Below, piece by piece: positions 1 through 13,860 of a stretch of 64,000 bases of DNA. A model generated the notes under the pieces. The model was not told the DNA's origin, ran no database searches, and worked only from the letters and a program-made list of their open reading frames with translations. The first letter of the stretch is position 1, and each line of letters begins with the position of its first letter. The position numbers and the translations under genes are program-made. Source of the stretch: Balanoglossus misakiensis (taxonomy: Eukaryota; Animalia; Hemichordata); the NCBI GenBank assembly GCA_040954595.2, contig CM082598.2, forward strand, positions 3,654,565 to 3,718,564, given 5' to 3'.

Positions 1-3000
1 CAGTTACACTACAGTGTAATACAAAGTAACAACCACATTGTTTACAATGATGTACATTGTAGCAGTTACATCCACCCATCCTTTAAACTTGCAAAATTCA
101 ACTGATCCAGAAAAATTTGCCAAATTGTAAATTTGTGACACACTATCAAGCAGAAAATTGCAATCACTGACATGGTCGACATTGAGCAGGAAGACATTAA
201 GAAACATAAGAATGATTGCAAGTAATCTGTGTTTATTTTTCATAATGATCATTTGGATTCACGGAAATGATCCAAAAATCTCATCAGATCTGCCATTTGA
301 CTTGAACTACCATTTTTCAAACGACCCTTGAACAAAGAGAATAGACATATTTTCTTCATTGAAAAAAAATCACAATTTGGGATAGATCAATAATTAATTC
401 ATCATCCAAGCAATTTTTTCCCGACAGGATATTCGACTAATATATATTTGTCATCTATTTCCTGCACATGTCTCCTAAAGCTTCCTTTGTTTTCTCTTTC
501 AGATACTATAATTTCCTTCATAGGTTGGTATTTTTTCTTTGTCTGGTTTCCAGTGGGAAAAACACAGGAAATAGGAAGGTGAAGCAACTACTTAGAGAAT
601 TCTCTAGTGGTTTCAATAGCCAGATAGTCTTTCTGCATCATTAAATACTCACTGTCATGTACATGTACAATGTGACCTTGATTGTCAAGAATCTATATAA
701 CTTTTTGGGGGATAAAATCTGTCATGAAAAATTCATCACTTTCTCAAAAGTCTAACTGCATTAATATCACTTTGATTTTTCCACAGAGAATAGATCATAT
801 TCTTCCAGGAGAGCCCTGCATATGTGAGTGTGCAAGTTTTCCAACCATATACACAGTGTACGAAAATAGTTCAATTGGTGCCAATACGCAGAAAAATATC
901 TACTATTAACTTCGAAGTATACAATGTACTTATGATGATCATGAAGATTATGATTACAAAACAACACATTAATAAGGAGCAGTGACGATAAACGGAACCA
1001 GTTTCAATAAATGTAGAAATTGTACACTAAGTTTAATTGCCCACTAAATAGTGATGAATTGAATTATTTTCCACCAACCCTTGATGTGTAACCATAGCAA
1101 CACAAACCACCATTCCTAACACTCAAAATTTACAAATAGAGTTTATGTTGCTTTCATGGGATTAACACAGGAAGTTGCATAAAAAGAGAACAGTTGTCAT
1201 CCGTGTGTACAAGCCCCGCTGCGTACTCGCAGTTAAGTCAATCTGCTAGCTGTCGTTTTGAAATCACAGAACACAATGCCCGGGACACTCCTGATAATTT
1301 CTCCCTGAGCTGACAACCAACAACACACAGAAATCACACGCTAGTATTTCCGAGGGAAGTCACTGATGGGCACTTTGGATGGTATTATCCTGCCCGACCG
1401 GGAATACTATCACTAATCCCATACATAAATCCTATTTTCCCCATCAGCAGGCTTTATCCGGCAGATTCCAGCTTTAGCAGGTAAGTACAGTATTCCCACT
1501 GGATGGGATTTTCACGTAGAAAGACAGGTTGAAAATTCAATGCAACATTACTAATGCAATGCATGATTCTTAAAAAAAACATCACGAATTTTTGTCATGG
1601 TTTTTTATATTATTCCTTTTATTTAAAATAATATGTAACAAATGAGTAAAATAATGTTAGTAATTTAGAAATGGAAAGAATCTCAATTTGTTAAACATTA
1701 ATTAGTTCGATTTCAGGCCCCATGTACATGTATTTGTTCCAATTGGTCAGGAGATCTGTGTTCGAATCCCATAAAAACACAAGTTGATTACCTTGGCAGT
1801 ATCAGAAACAATCGCGTTGCCAAATTTACGACTGATTTCTCGGTAATACTCCAAGGCTTTCGGGGAATGAATGAAGATTCATACTTCTTTTTACTACCAA
1901 TCTTCTCTGCACAATACTACGCCAATCTCACAGGCACTTGCAAAACCCATCAATTACGAGTGAAAATTATTAATATCAGTTAACGTGTGATCAGGAACTT
2001 ACAATACGAACGTATTTGTTGTCTTGGTGCCCTACTTTCGCGGAATTCCATTAGAAAACTGTCTAGTACTCATCATGATAACACATGGTTTTGACATAAA
2101 AACAACCCGACTTTTATATCACAGATGTTATTATTTCATGTGACATTGATGATATCGCCCAAGATATGAAATGCCTAACAGTACCTGATGAAAACCAGGG
2201 TATCTGTGATTTCTTTCGTAAATTTAACATACAAATGTACATGTACGAATTTACAAACAGGTCAGAAAAGCAACAACAACAAAAATACAAGCAACAGATG
2301 AATGTTAATTATTATCAATAGCCTTGCAAGCTGGACTGTAAACATTTACGACATCAGCATTTCGGCTTTCAACATTATTATGAGCACTCTCGTACTATGC
2401 AGGGCACTCGGAGACAGCACGCTGACCACTCGGACACAGATTGCCTGTTAAGCGTCGCACCTAAGAAGGATTTCTGAAGATGAGAAAACCCCATGACACG
2501 CAAGCTTAAAAAGCTTTCAACTAATCCGATGATCTATCATCTGAGCCATTACGGTAATCAAACCCAGGCACACCACACTTGCCGGCGTTTCATTCTTCTT
2601 TTTTACTCCTCAGCATTCTAGCTATTCTCTTTAGGAGATGTCCAATTTCACTATCACCAAGCTGCACAGCGTATTTTTAATTATAATTTTTTCATTAATC
2701 ATAAAATTTACTGGTATGCAATTAAAACTCATTAAATTAAACAGAGAGTCATTTTTTTGTAATTAATACCCCTACTCTGTGAAAAGAACCCTGTTTAAAA
2801 TGTCATACATTTCATTTTGTTTGCTGATTTCTTTTGTCGTTCTTAATTGACAAATTTCTATTGTCATTCTAAATTGACAATCGGGTATTTCGAAATTTAA
2901 AAATTAATGGGTATTTGTAGATGGGACCTAGATTTACAACAGTACACATCACATGTACCAGCACATCCCAATCATTGCCAGTTGTTCGGTAAACTGTGTT

Positions 3001-5302
3001 TTCTACTACAGGTATTCACAAAACATGTTTTCTGATTTAAATGACATAAGGTACACTGTACATTGTACTTTTAATACGATACCGTAGACACACACACACA
3101 TCACAAAAGGGCAATAACCTTTACAGGTAAGTCAATATCAAAGTATTGTTCGCGCCACGTTAAATGTTGACTTTGTTCGGTGCAATACAATACGCAACCT
3201 CACGCTGGTTTGATCAACAGAAAAGACATCATGGCCACACTGACCACTTCAGATATACGTACTCGGACTTGTTTTTTTTTCTGGGAGCTTTGGAGTTCAA
3301 ATCTAACTAAAATCTGTCAGTCCAGACTGACTTCAGAAAATGTAGACTTTCATTAACAATACTATCACACTCAATCCTATTTTTGAGAAGTAATGATTAC
3401 CAGAACCTCACGACTTATTTTCTTGAGCTATAAATATATACCATTTCCGGAAGAATACTGTACTTGCATCAATTTGGCTTACATCCTGGCTATTCATAAA
3501 ATAATTTTTCACATTATTCTATGACAACGTGGGTGGCAAAATCATTTTTCAAGGACTTTCCGGTGAATAAGTTTCATTCTTCTAAGTTCTATGACTTTTC
3601 AGGTATCTCCTGGAGCATTTAAACATGCACAGATACGTACCTCAAGGGTTACTATTATAAGACACAGTACAATATATTACAACGTACAAATGAATACGAA
3701 ACACCACGCATTTCGAGATGAACGTTATTGCGGATGTGAAAATAGATTCGACGCCAAGATACAGATGAACATTGGGGTTACTGCGAGTCTGAAGAAATCA
3801 AACCACACTCTCAGAAACACAGCCATGAGCACATTTTCAGGATATACGACAGACGTATCTGGCTGGATGCATCGCACATCAGACATGTGTCTCCATTTCC
3901 ATCTTACCTACTTATAGCTACATGTACACACACAGATCTGTCCCAGCACTGTATTCAGCGCTAATAATTATTTGAGACTTTTTTTTTGCTCAGGAAACAA
4001 ATCACTCACCCAGAATGACAGTTCACTGGTTTTCAGTTGTAATGGTTTGTCATATGAGCCATAACAGAAGGTACCAGAGCACAATTTTCGCTTTGTTGTA
4101 ATTAATTTCAAACCATCGCTACGGAAACTTGATTATCGCAAGACGAATCTAATCTCAAAGAAAAAATTTCCGGAACACATAATTTTTACGCCCTAATGCC
4201 GTGCGTGCATAGATATAGTCAACCACTTGGAATGGACTTGGGACCACGGAATATTTCTTCTGTTCCGGTTTCTTCGTTTTCATCAGTTTAATTCTTTTAG
4301 GAAAATTGAAAGGATCCGATTTACTGAGATTTTCACAGAAACTGCGGGTTAATGAAATCAACTAGAATCACACGGGTCTGTCACTCCCATGTAGTAATAC
4401 AGTACTTTGAGATTTGCCATCGTCTCCCATGGCAGTACATGTATCTCTACACATCTTTTTTTCATATAAATAATAAATCAACTGCATTATCTGATGAAGT
4501 TGCCTGCCGCATGTTTTCTTGAAGCAGCACATTGTCAACTCAAGAGTGATCTCGTACTCAGCTCAGGTCTGAGCTGTTTGCCACAGTTCCACGCAATCAG
4601 GAAGTGATGTAAGATTTTCCCCCAAAAGAGTGAGCAGACCCTGCCCTGCCTTAGACGGCTCATGACAGTATTTCAATCCCCATTGCCATTGCAGTGCACA
4701 GGAACCCCTTCCAACAGTATGCAACACACATTAAAAATCCATAACAAACACTATTACTTAAGAAAGGGAACAACGTTCCAATTTTAGTGATGTATCGACA
4801 CATTATTGTGTGAACGTCATGGCGACCGACAACCATATATTAAATTCTCGAGCAGTGGGTCAATATCGAGGGACCGTACGTGACAAAGAACCCTGACGGT
4901 TAAATCAAACATTTCATAATTGACGTTGAAGTTAGTGGTGGTAATAAAACGAAGGACGGAAGTGGAGTTAACGTCAGAGATTATTAAATCTTCGAGCGCT
5001 GAATTCACTCGAAGATGATTAAAACCTCCCAAGTGTTAGATTTTGCACCATAAAAAATAACATCCTTTGAACAAACAACACTCACTACTAACATTGACTA
5101 CATCAGCTATGGAGTTTATTTGCTGAAATTATCGATTTCTCGAAAAAATCAATCCGCTTTTTCGCGTACGTGTAGACGCACAATATATCAGAAAATGTTT
5201 CCATATCGCATCACACTCTGTATATAACACTGCTATTCATTGATTGCATGAGTGATCCTTGCAAGCTGTTATCTCAGTACTGAGAGCAAATCAGTCGAAG
5301 TT

Positions 5303-5503
5303 GGTGATTGGCCCAGTGCAACTTAAACAGTCAAGTACAGGGTTTATGATTGGGCAAGTTCTAAACTTCCAAGTACACAGTTTGTGATTGGCTCAGTTCA
5401 ATGTCAACTGTCAAGTACAGATTTGATGATTGGCTGAGTTCTATATTTTCAAGTACACAGTGTGTGATTGGCCCAGCTGGAATTCAACTGTGAAGTACAG
5501 AGT
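5303..5503. repeat. Degenerate tandem repeat, alternating 42/38-bp units (80-bp dimer)
   Basis: GATTGG at 5306, 5348, 5386, 5428, 5466, each followed by AAGTACA. Confidence 0.8.
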
Positions 5504-6252
5504 CTCTTAGTGATTTAAAATAGATGACAAGTTAAATAGTCGTTTTAACAAATGCAGAGTTAGATGCTTCCATGATGTAACCATGTTCTAAAGCGATTTG
5601 CGCGTAAACCATGCCACGAGAACAATGGCACATATACAAAGTGTTGTTGTGAATGCAAGTGGCTTGAATTTCAAATGGGTGTACAGCACAGTGTCCACCT
5701 GAAAACTGCGAAGGTTATTGACCTCTGACATTTCAGCATAGATGAAGGGGTACACCAGACCTACGAACACTGTATAACAGACCTGTCCATTATTGAACTT
5801 TTCAAGACAACACATGCAAATTTTACCTCGATCACTAGTGCAGTTCAAGAATTCAACTCCGTGGAACTATTCACTGACACTGATTGGCCGACTACAAATT
5901 GAAAATATATCAAGCTATTACAATTTGCTGCAGTGCATTCAAATAAAAGACTGTCGTTTACTAAATGTGTGCTGGCAGAATCGTTGCAACGTGGAACTGA
6001 TTGCGTTCGAGTAAGACTCTGGTTAAGGGCTCGGTTTATGGACGAGGTCAAATGATTGGGCTGCGGGTGACGGTTTGATCATTACATTTTTACGACTGCC
6101 CTTTATGTTGTCCCGGTTCTGATCCCGTCAACCTCTGGTCTTCCCGCTATCAATCCTGAAACTTTATCCTTGCTACTTGTGTGCTAGCTCCCGCACTGCG
6201 TGACTGCATGTACTCCGTGTTGTGTTTCGTGCCGCACGAGATGTTTTGAAGT

Positions 6253-6347
6253 TAAACAACTCCCACACCTGTTTCACTCTGTAGAAGTCCAAGTCTACCA
6301 TAGAAAATGGCAGATTTGGACCAAACCACGGTGGGGAAAAGGTGAAA
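6253..6347. mobile_element. Older, degenerate copy of the 85-bp MITE
   Basis: GTCCAAGTCTACCATAGAAAA...TTTGGACCAAACCACGGTGGGGAAAAGGT aligns with the family. Confidence 0.6.
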
Positions 6348-9300
6348 GCTAAATTTGATCTTCAGTCTCACTTTCACTGTATTAATTCACATGGTTAATG
6401 CTCGATTGAAATTTGATCACATTTCGGAATTTGGCCGAAAGTTCAGTGAAGGGGACAATATTGACTCTCGTCATGTGCGGATCAGTTTTCAATAACAATC
6501 ACTTATGAATAAGAACAGTTTGTGTTGATGCTGATATCATGTTTTTACAGTGTACACATATGCCACAGGAAAACCTTTCTAAGATTTGCACATGTAATGT
6601 TGACAGGAAAACATTCTACTTTTACATTTGTCTCCTATCAAGTTTGACAATTGGTAAATTCTGTACATCTACATCAACGCCACCCCCAGTTTCTCTTTAA
6701 GGGCCCTTAAAATCCAGTAGATACATAAAACAAACATACTGAAAACATCGCGAAAAGTTAAAGCTAATGGAGCTTTAAGAGAAAAAGTCTTTGAATGGAA
6801 ACGGAACAAAAAAAGGTTTGATCTATGAATTCACACTCCTACCATAAAATAATTGACCTGTCCTCCTTAATAAATCAACTCGTGATTTTACTATTGAATC
6901 TCCACTAATCGAAGGCACAAAGCACTTAATGGACCACTCCGTAATCTTTCCATCTATTTCGATATCTATCGGCACTTAACCCTGCATGGTTATTATCATT
7001 TTTTTTCTTTTCCAATCCAAAAAAGATGTTTTTCTGATTTCATTCCAATATTAGTCTAAAAAAAGACATACATTTCTAAAAAAATTGACGAAAATGTTCA
7101 AACAAGACGTCATCCTTGGAAGGTAATACCTTCAGTATTAATTTAATACGGTGTTGCGCTCACAGGTCAAAGGTCAGTGAAACATGGAGAAGACCAGCAG
7201 AGAAAATGTCAATAATAAAATTCTGGCTCTTTCATAGCCTCTCAGTAACAGTTAGAGAGTTCAAGCAGTCAACTGCCAAAATGATTGACAGCGAGGTGAC
7301 AAAACCGTTTCAAAATTAACACAAATTTAATAGAATATTCAAATGATTATTTTTAATCTCCGACAGGTTGTCTTGACCTCGCGGCTTCTGACATACAGGC
7401 CATGCGCAACTCAAAGAATTTGTACATTCAGAACAACTTGGAGACTGACTACAGAATACTGTATAAAGTCATGTTTAAAGGGACATTGGCTGCAACTTTT
7501 GGCTTTATTTCCAGTATATTTGCTCTTTGTATCAAGAGCAATTTCTTGTTCTTCTCCAAACAGCGTGCCAATATACCCACTCACTACTCCACTTCTCAAC
7601 CTAGCCTGTTTCGCTAAAAGCGAGTTTCATTTTAAATGGATATTTACAAATGGAAACATAATCTGAAAGTAAGTATTTTGACAATCTTGAAACATCACAC
7701 TGTCATTGTGGTTTCAGATAATTTTTTTCTTATATTGCCTATTAAAAGGGATTTGTTCAACGGTGAAAATTAAATTCTCAAGAGACAACAAGTCATATAT
7801 ACGATCAATGGCAATTTCCTGGAGCTGAAAATCACGAATGCATGACAGGGGAATACGAAAAACGTGTTGCTATGGCAATGGTATACAAACTACGTTGCCA
7901 TCACAACAAGTCACATGATCACATCAAACCACAACGAAAACATGGCTGCCTTTGCAGTAAATGTTACAGCAATACTATGTCTGTCACACACTCATTTCCA
8001 ATGGCCGTGAAAAAAAAAAAAACACCAAAGGAATAAACTGACTAACGATACAACATTTAGCCGATATCGCACAGGGATACCGCGATCTTTCAAACAAGTA
8101 TTTGAACAAATTCGCAAACAAGAGATGATTGTTGCAATTATCGACTTCCTCCCACACAGCTACTAATGAATCACAAAGTCAACAAAATATGCAAATATCA
8201 AACCTAAAGTAGCGAAAAACAGAACAGTACAAAGTAAGCATTGTCACAACCATAAATGTAGACGTTAATATCGATCAATTTTAGACCAAAAAAGAATGCC
8301 AATATATCTATACAAAATGTATAATGCATGTGTATACAAGTCTGGCTTACAAAAAGGCTGCTTTGTAATTGTACGGTACATGTAAATGCAGTATTTTCAG
8401 ACACACTGTTAATTTTTATTTAATTGAGGAAAAAGAAACAGTTTCCAAATCCGTCGCAGTTTCCACACAAAGGAGCTGACACAAAACATGAACACATATG
8501 CCAACATTAATGATCCAACATTGCAACAGCAATCAACGCCTCCAGATTTCACAAATTTTAATTTTCTCTCTGTAAGACTCATGGGGGAAAAGACAGTAAT
8601 GATTCTAATATACAAGTAATGTACGTCTAACGGAAACGGATGACTGAACACCGAGAACAGACTATTTTCAGACTAACAAAATTATTGATCATTTATTAGC
8701 AATTAACCACTGTTAATTAACAATGAAGACAAAATAATCAAATGAACATTGTCCATAGAATGAGACAAAAGTCAACACAACGTATAATGTTGGGTGAAAA
8801 GACAGGAAGTTTTGATAAGGATACGTCATAGAAACTACCAGTGTAATTTGGATGGCCTCTTTAGAAAATTTCTAAAGTTCTGAGCTAGGTGTAACAATAC
8901 ATTCTATGCGTATGGCCACAGACTACAATCTGTGCAGATCCCAGCAGAGCGGAGGCTATCGTCACATCTGCAGGGCTGTGAATAATCCAGCCATCAACGG
9001 CAGAAATTTATATAATCAATGTTATCACTTTAAGCGTAGGGTGCAGATTGCAATAGCAGATGCTCTGATGAAAATACTGCGATACGAAAAATCGTCAAAA
9101 TAGCAAAAAAATTAGCTGGTCGCTTGAAAAAAGGATTACCTTGTCTTGCTTCACTGAATACTAGGAGATCATGTGACCAATAAATATTTTGGACTTAATG
9201 CTACTATGAAATCAAATTTCAATGTAAACATGTGTGATGTAATTCATATGCAAGAGATAATATCTATTCATTTGCCCAGTCTTATCAAAATCAACTGTCA

Positions 9301-11517
9301 CATTACTTCAGATAATCTGAGTAAAGCCTACGGACATTGTGATATTTCATAATGGTATGCTGTTGCAATTCAGCGTGCTTTTATGTCAAAAATATTTATA
9401 TTTGATATTTTTCCTTTAATTTCTTGTGGCTTTTTATATTAAAGGTTTGCTGTATTCATGGGTGTCTGTATAATGAGTGTACGCATTGATGTCACGTTTA
9501 CAGATAAAAATTAAAAAAAAAAATCAAAATGTATGTATCTGATATGATGGTAATATTAAAGGTTATTGGATGAGAGATCCCTTTCAAATAGGTTAATGTT
9601 ATAATGTTGATAAAAATATGACTAAGGGTTTTCTTAAGAATTTGTGTAATAAATTGTAAGGAGACTTTCTTCTGTCTTGGGGTAGATAACTTACAAAATG
9701 TTGCTACAGTATTCACTTACTACGGCCCGACTGTCAGGAAGAAAAAAGTTCAGTCACTGTCTGTGTGGCGTGTTACTGCATGATGCTTTGGATGAAACCT
9801 ACATCTATAGAAATTAATTGTAGACTATACAACTGAGAATAATCCTCCTGGCTAATGCCCAGTTTGATATTTTTTCTGTGAAAAAACATCTTCCCTGGAG
9901 TCACTCGCAAATTGGAACTCAAACGTACAGAAAACTGATACCAGCATAGTGCTATGAAAGTCCCACATTGTTACCTGCTGTTCGATTCACCAAGCAGCCA
10001 GCAGAATGATTCTACGTCCCCTCCTGCTGAGAAATTTCTTTGAATGGGCAGTTGTCAGTGTCACACAATTGTCTGTGTGGTAAGATAGATGTTCTTAGTT
10101 GACCTTGAGAATGTCATTTACGATTCGAGATTATAGTCGTGTGTCACGCCAGCCCCATTTTCTGCAGTTGATACATATTTAACAACTTCTTGTAGACGAT
10201 TATTCCACGAGAATCCTACGAGACAACTTCTTTCTGATTCTTCAACTGACTGTCATTTTATCCTAGTCATTCACCTCATCTAGTCCTTCTGCAAATAACT
10301 GTCATTGTCGAATTTGACAATTTTCTCGTTTCAAATAAATCACTGCTGATACCATATCTGAGTTTATACAGGTAATTTGGCAGAAAGACATTTCATCTTC
10401 AGAATTCAAAATGGCTGACTGAAGATTGCGATTCGACATGCGAAATAACCCAGCTACTCTTACATTTTGGTGTATTTTGTCTAAGCAACATTCAGCGCAC
10501 GAAGCAATATTCCTTTTCATTTCTCAACAATTCAACACAATGTACGAAGATTTGGACTTTTCACGACGATCCTCACAAAAAGCAGATTTATTTGCTGATA
10601 AAAGTGGAATGGTGGCTACTGTATCTTGTCAGCATCACATTGCTAATTTTAAACATCTCTCTCTCATGGGGCAGTCACCCACAACCCCCAAGCGTAAACA
10701 CAACTAATATGTGTATACTCTCAATTTCACCAATTTAATTATCTATTCAGTTTTCCACAACAATGAGTTTGAGGTGAAGTTAATTGCATTAATTATTCAG
10801 ATCAGAGACGAATAAAGCATAAAGTGAACCAGCCTGACATCAGAGCGAAACATGAGCTCAGTTTTGCCGCTGTCATTTCGCTTTATTGTGATCGTGTTTG
10901 TTTTCGCGCATTTGATGAGGTGTCAAGTTACTAATATTACATTCGCCATCTGATTTATGGCTGTGACCTTTTGACCTTGATTGTTATTGTCCAATAGAAG
11001 GCCTGTTGATAGTCAATGTTATCAGTTGTGCCAATCCAATTTGGCAAGATTTTGTTTTTCCTAAACAATCATTCACGTTCATTACTACACTGCATAAATT
11101 GAACATTAATGATTTATCACATACTACGCAAATGATGTTTTTAATTTCCTTGTGATTGTCAATTTGTTTACTGCGTTTAATTATTTCTGCATTTTATTAG
11201 CAATTAAACGATATGAATTTTCATTTTTTTCCATCACGATAACCACCTTCACTGATTTGCCTGTCAATTTTTTGAAAATTGGACACACACGAAAGTGCTA
11301 ACCACTGAAATGCCAGGATGTTGCAAAATGCTGGGATGAGGGGAGAACCATTTGATTTCTGAGGGGGGGGGGGGTGCTGAAGGATTTGGTTATTACAGCA
11401 ATTTGTTTTCAGCCACTATACAGGAGTTTTATTTTCAATTGCCAGCAAAAACACCGAAAGTAGAACGTCCCTTTTTTATCGATCAATCACTGGAAGACGT
11501 ACGACCCATTTAGTGGA

Positions 11518-11655
11518 TGAGGTACCCACCACGCTTGGATAATGGAATAGGGACGGTGCCTTGCTCAAGGGCAAAATATCGAGGGAATTTGCCCGATATC
11601 AAACTCATCATCCTTTGATAGTGAGACTGGTTCTCTAGCCACGGGCTCAATGCTG
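11518..11655 (-). mobile_element. Degenerate copy of the tRNA-derived SINE
   Basis: Shares GAGGTACCC and TGCCTTGCTCAAGGGCA with the 45.2-kb element; eroded A/B boxes. Confidence 0.55.
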
Positions 11656-12870
11656 GAGAATCTCACGTGAGATGTACCAGTCACCCAGACCCTTGCTGTG
11701 TACATAACTGATCATTGTAGTTGTCCCGTCTCAGTGTGTAACGCAATGCCCCCTAGGCAGCCAACTAAGTGTTATCAGTGCATTTAATCAAATTAAACCG
11801 GTCAATTTAACAAAACACAGCAAATTCATTCCATCCTGACCTTGAATCCCGATGAAATTACATTGCTTCCCCCCCAAAGAAAGACCACGTCCAGTTTGAT
11901 TAAGTCTTTCATTAGCCTGCTTGTGAGGTGCATGTACGTATTGGACGATAAAATAAAAGTTGAGATATTAATGGTGCTCGCACATGCAGAATTGAACCAG
12001 GACGTGGCCACAGTTAAAATAATCCTTAATTACCAGGGAATAGATTTTACAGTTGGGTGCACACTTTATCAGGCCTGTTTCAGGGCTGACACAATATTAT
12101 TGTATCTTCTGACCTTTGACCTATCAAATTCAAAATGGCCGACTTGAGAAGTATGCTGTTTGCACCATTTATGCTTTTCTTGATGTTTTACGCACATGAA
12201 GGCCAATAAAAGTTAAACTAGTGACACCATAAGACAAAAGTATGCCTTGCACTAATTTCAAGGCATAATGCATCCACTGGCAAGATTTTAACCAGACCGA
12301 AATTTTCTGCTTGACGTAACTCTCCCCTTCACGGTATTTGGGTCAATCTAGACAAGCTTTGGTCCGACACAATGATTCTGAGTCAACAGAACTTCAAGCA
12401 GTTGGTAACCTTCCCAGGGAAATGTTAGTGTAGTGGCCATCCTTTAGTTTTGGGAACACAACAGCATGTCTCAGATTGCTCTTGTGGATACTGTAATGTG
12501 ATAGTGTTACGAGCACCAGCAAGAGCAGTCATTAACATAACAATTCAGTGTTGTTATGTAAAACAAATAGTTGGCATGCTTTCAGAAATACCATTGAGGA
12601 AGATTTACAAGTCATCGCGTACAAATGCCCGAATCTACCAGTACTCCCGACTAATTTCCAGAAGACTCCACTGTTAGTGGCCATTAGGAAGAAAATCAAT
12701 TTCTTGAAGTGCATTAAAATGCGATCAATTTATGAAATATCACTTAATATCGCCATGGAGGTTCCTTTGAAATGGTTTACTAGAAATTTTGACATTTTTT
12801 ACCAATATTTGTAAATATGACCATTAAATATGACCTGACTTTGTTGTCTATCACTGAATTATACTCACAG

Positions 12871-12938
12871 GAGTGAAAAACTCACCAAAATGAATAATCA
12901 GTCTTTACCATTTATTCATTTTGGTGACATTTTTACTC
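12871..12938. repeat. Short inverted repeat / hairpin
   Basis: GAGTGAAAAACTCACCAAAATGAATAA ... TTATTCATTTTGGTGACATTTTTACTC; 16-bp perfect inner stem. Confidence 0.75.
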
Positions 12939-13767
12939 TCATATCCTACAAATGGGATGGAAGTTGTGTGTGGTCGAACGTTGATTCACTATATATCCAT
13001 ATGTAGAATAACATAAACGGTGTCTTGTATCAAACATTATTAATGAAAAAAAGGCAGCTTTGTCCCTTTAATACTATCATATATTATTATCAAAACTGAA
13101 AAGATGCTGAAGATTATGTGTTTATGAATTTAAAAACACCATTGTTGCTTTATGCAATTATCCGTATCAGGTTACACATTTTAAATTGCTTAAAATAACC
13201 TTTGGTAGTCGATGAGTGCTCACGTTTGACAGCTGTTCCGAGCAGCGGTCATTTCTCACACAAATAGGAAAACATGTACAGCTGTGGGAAAACAAACAAC
13301 CATCGACAACCAGGAAAAAATGACGTAACTACCATGTAACCTACATGCAAAATCATCACCATCTTAATTTTCACAAACCACAACAAAAAATTTTATTACC
13401 CTGCTAACAAAAATGAAAACAAAACTATTGATGCACGAATGTGCTTACATCATCTCATTCATAAATAGTGTTAATTAAAGGGACAATAGCTTAAATTTTT
13501 TATGATAATTTCAGTAGTTTTGTCATCTGTTCAACAAGTAGTTTCGTATTCTTGTTTTACTCACTACTAAAGCATGTACTAGTTCCCAAGTATTCAACTT
13601 GCATACTGGTACTTGTAATGACATAACATACATTCCCCAATATGCATTGTTACACTGTCATCAAAATATCTACATAAGCGATATACACAGAAAACGAGTA
13701 CATGACACTTTACAACCAGTATTTCTGCGATCAGGAAACAGAACATGTGATCTCCTCCCCACAGCAT

Positions 13768-13860
13768 TTAACCCTTTCACCACCATGGTTTAGTCCAAAT
13801 CCATTGTTTTCTATGGTCAGGTTGGACCTCTGAAGTGGGAATTGGGTGTGAAAGGGTAGA
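13768..13860. mobile_element. 85-bp TTAA MITE copy
   Basis: TTAACCCTTTCACCACCATGG...GTGAAAGGGT; internal sequence is the reverse complement of the 30208 copy. Confidence 0.8.

Noticed and set aside
5303-5503. CRISPR-like periodicity (also 27153-27308 and 28655-28848)
   Set aside because: Eukaryotic context, units similar along their whole length, no unique spacers and no cas genes.
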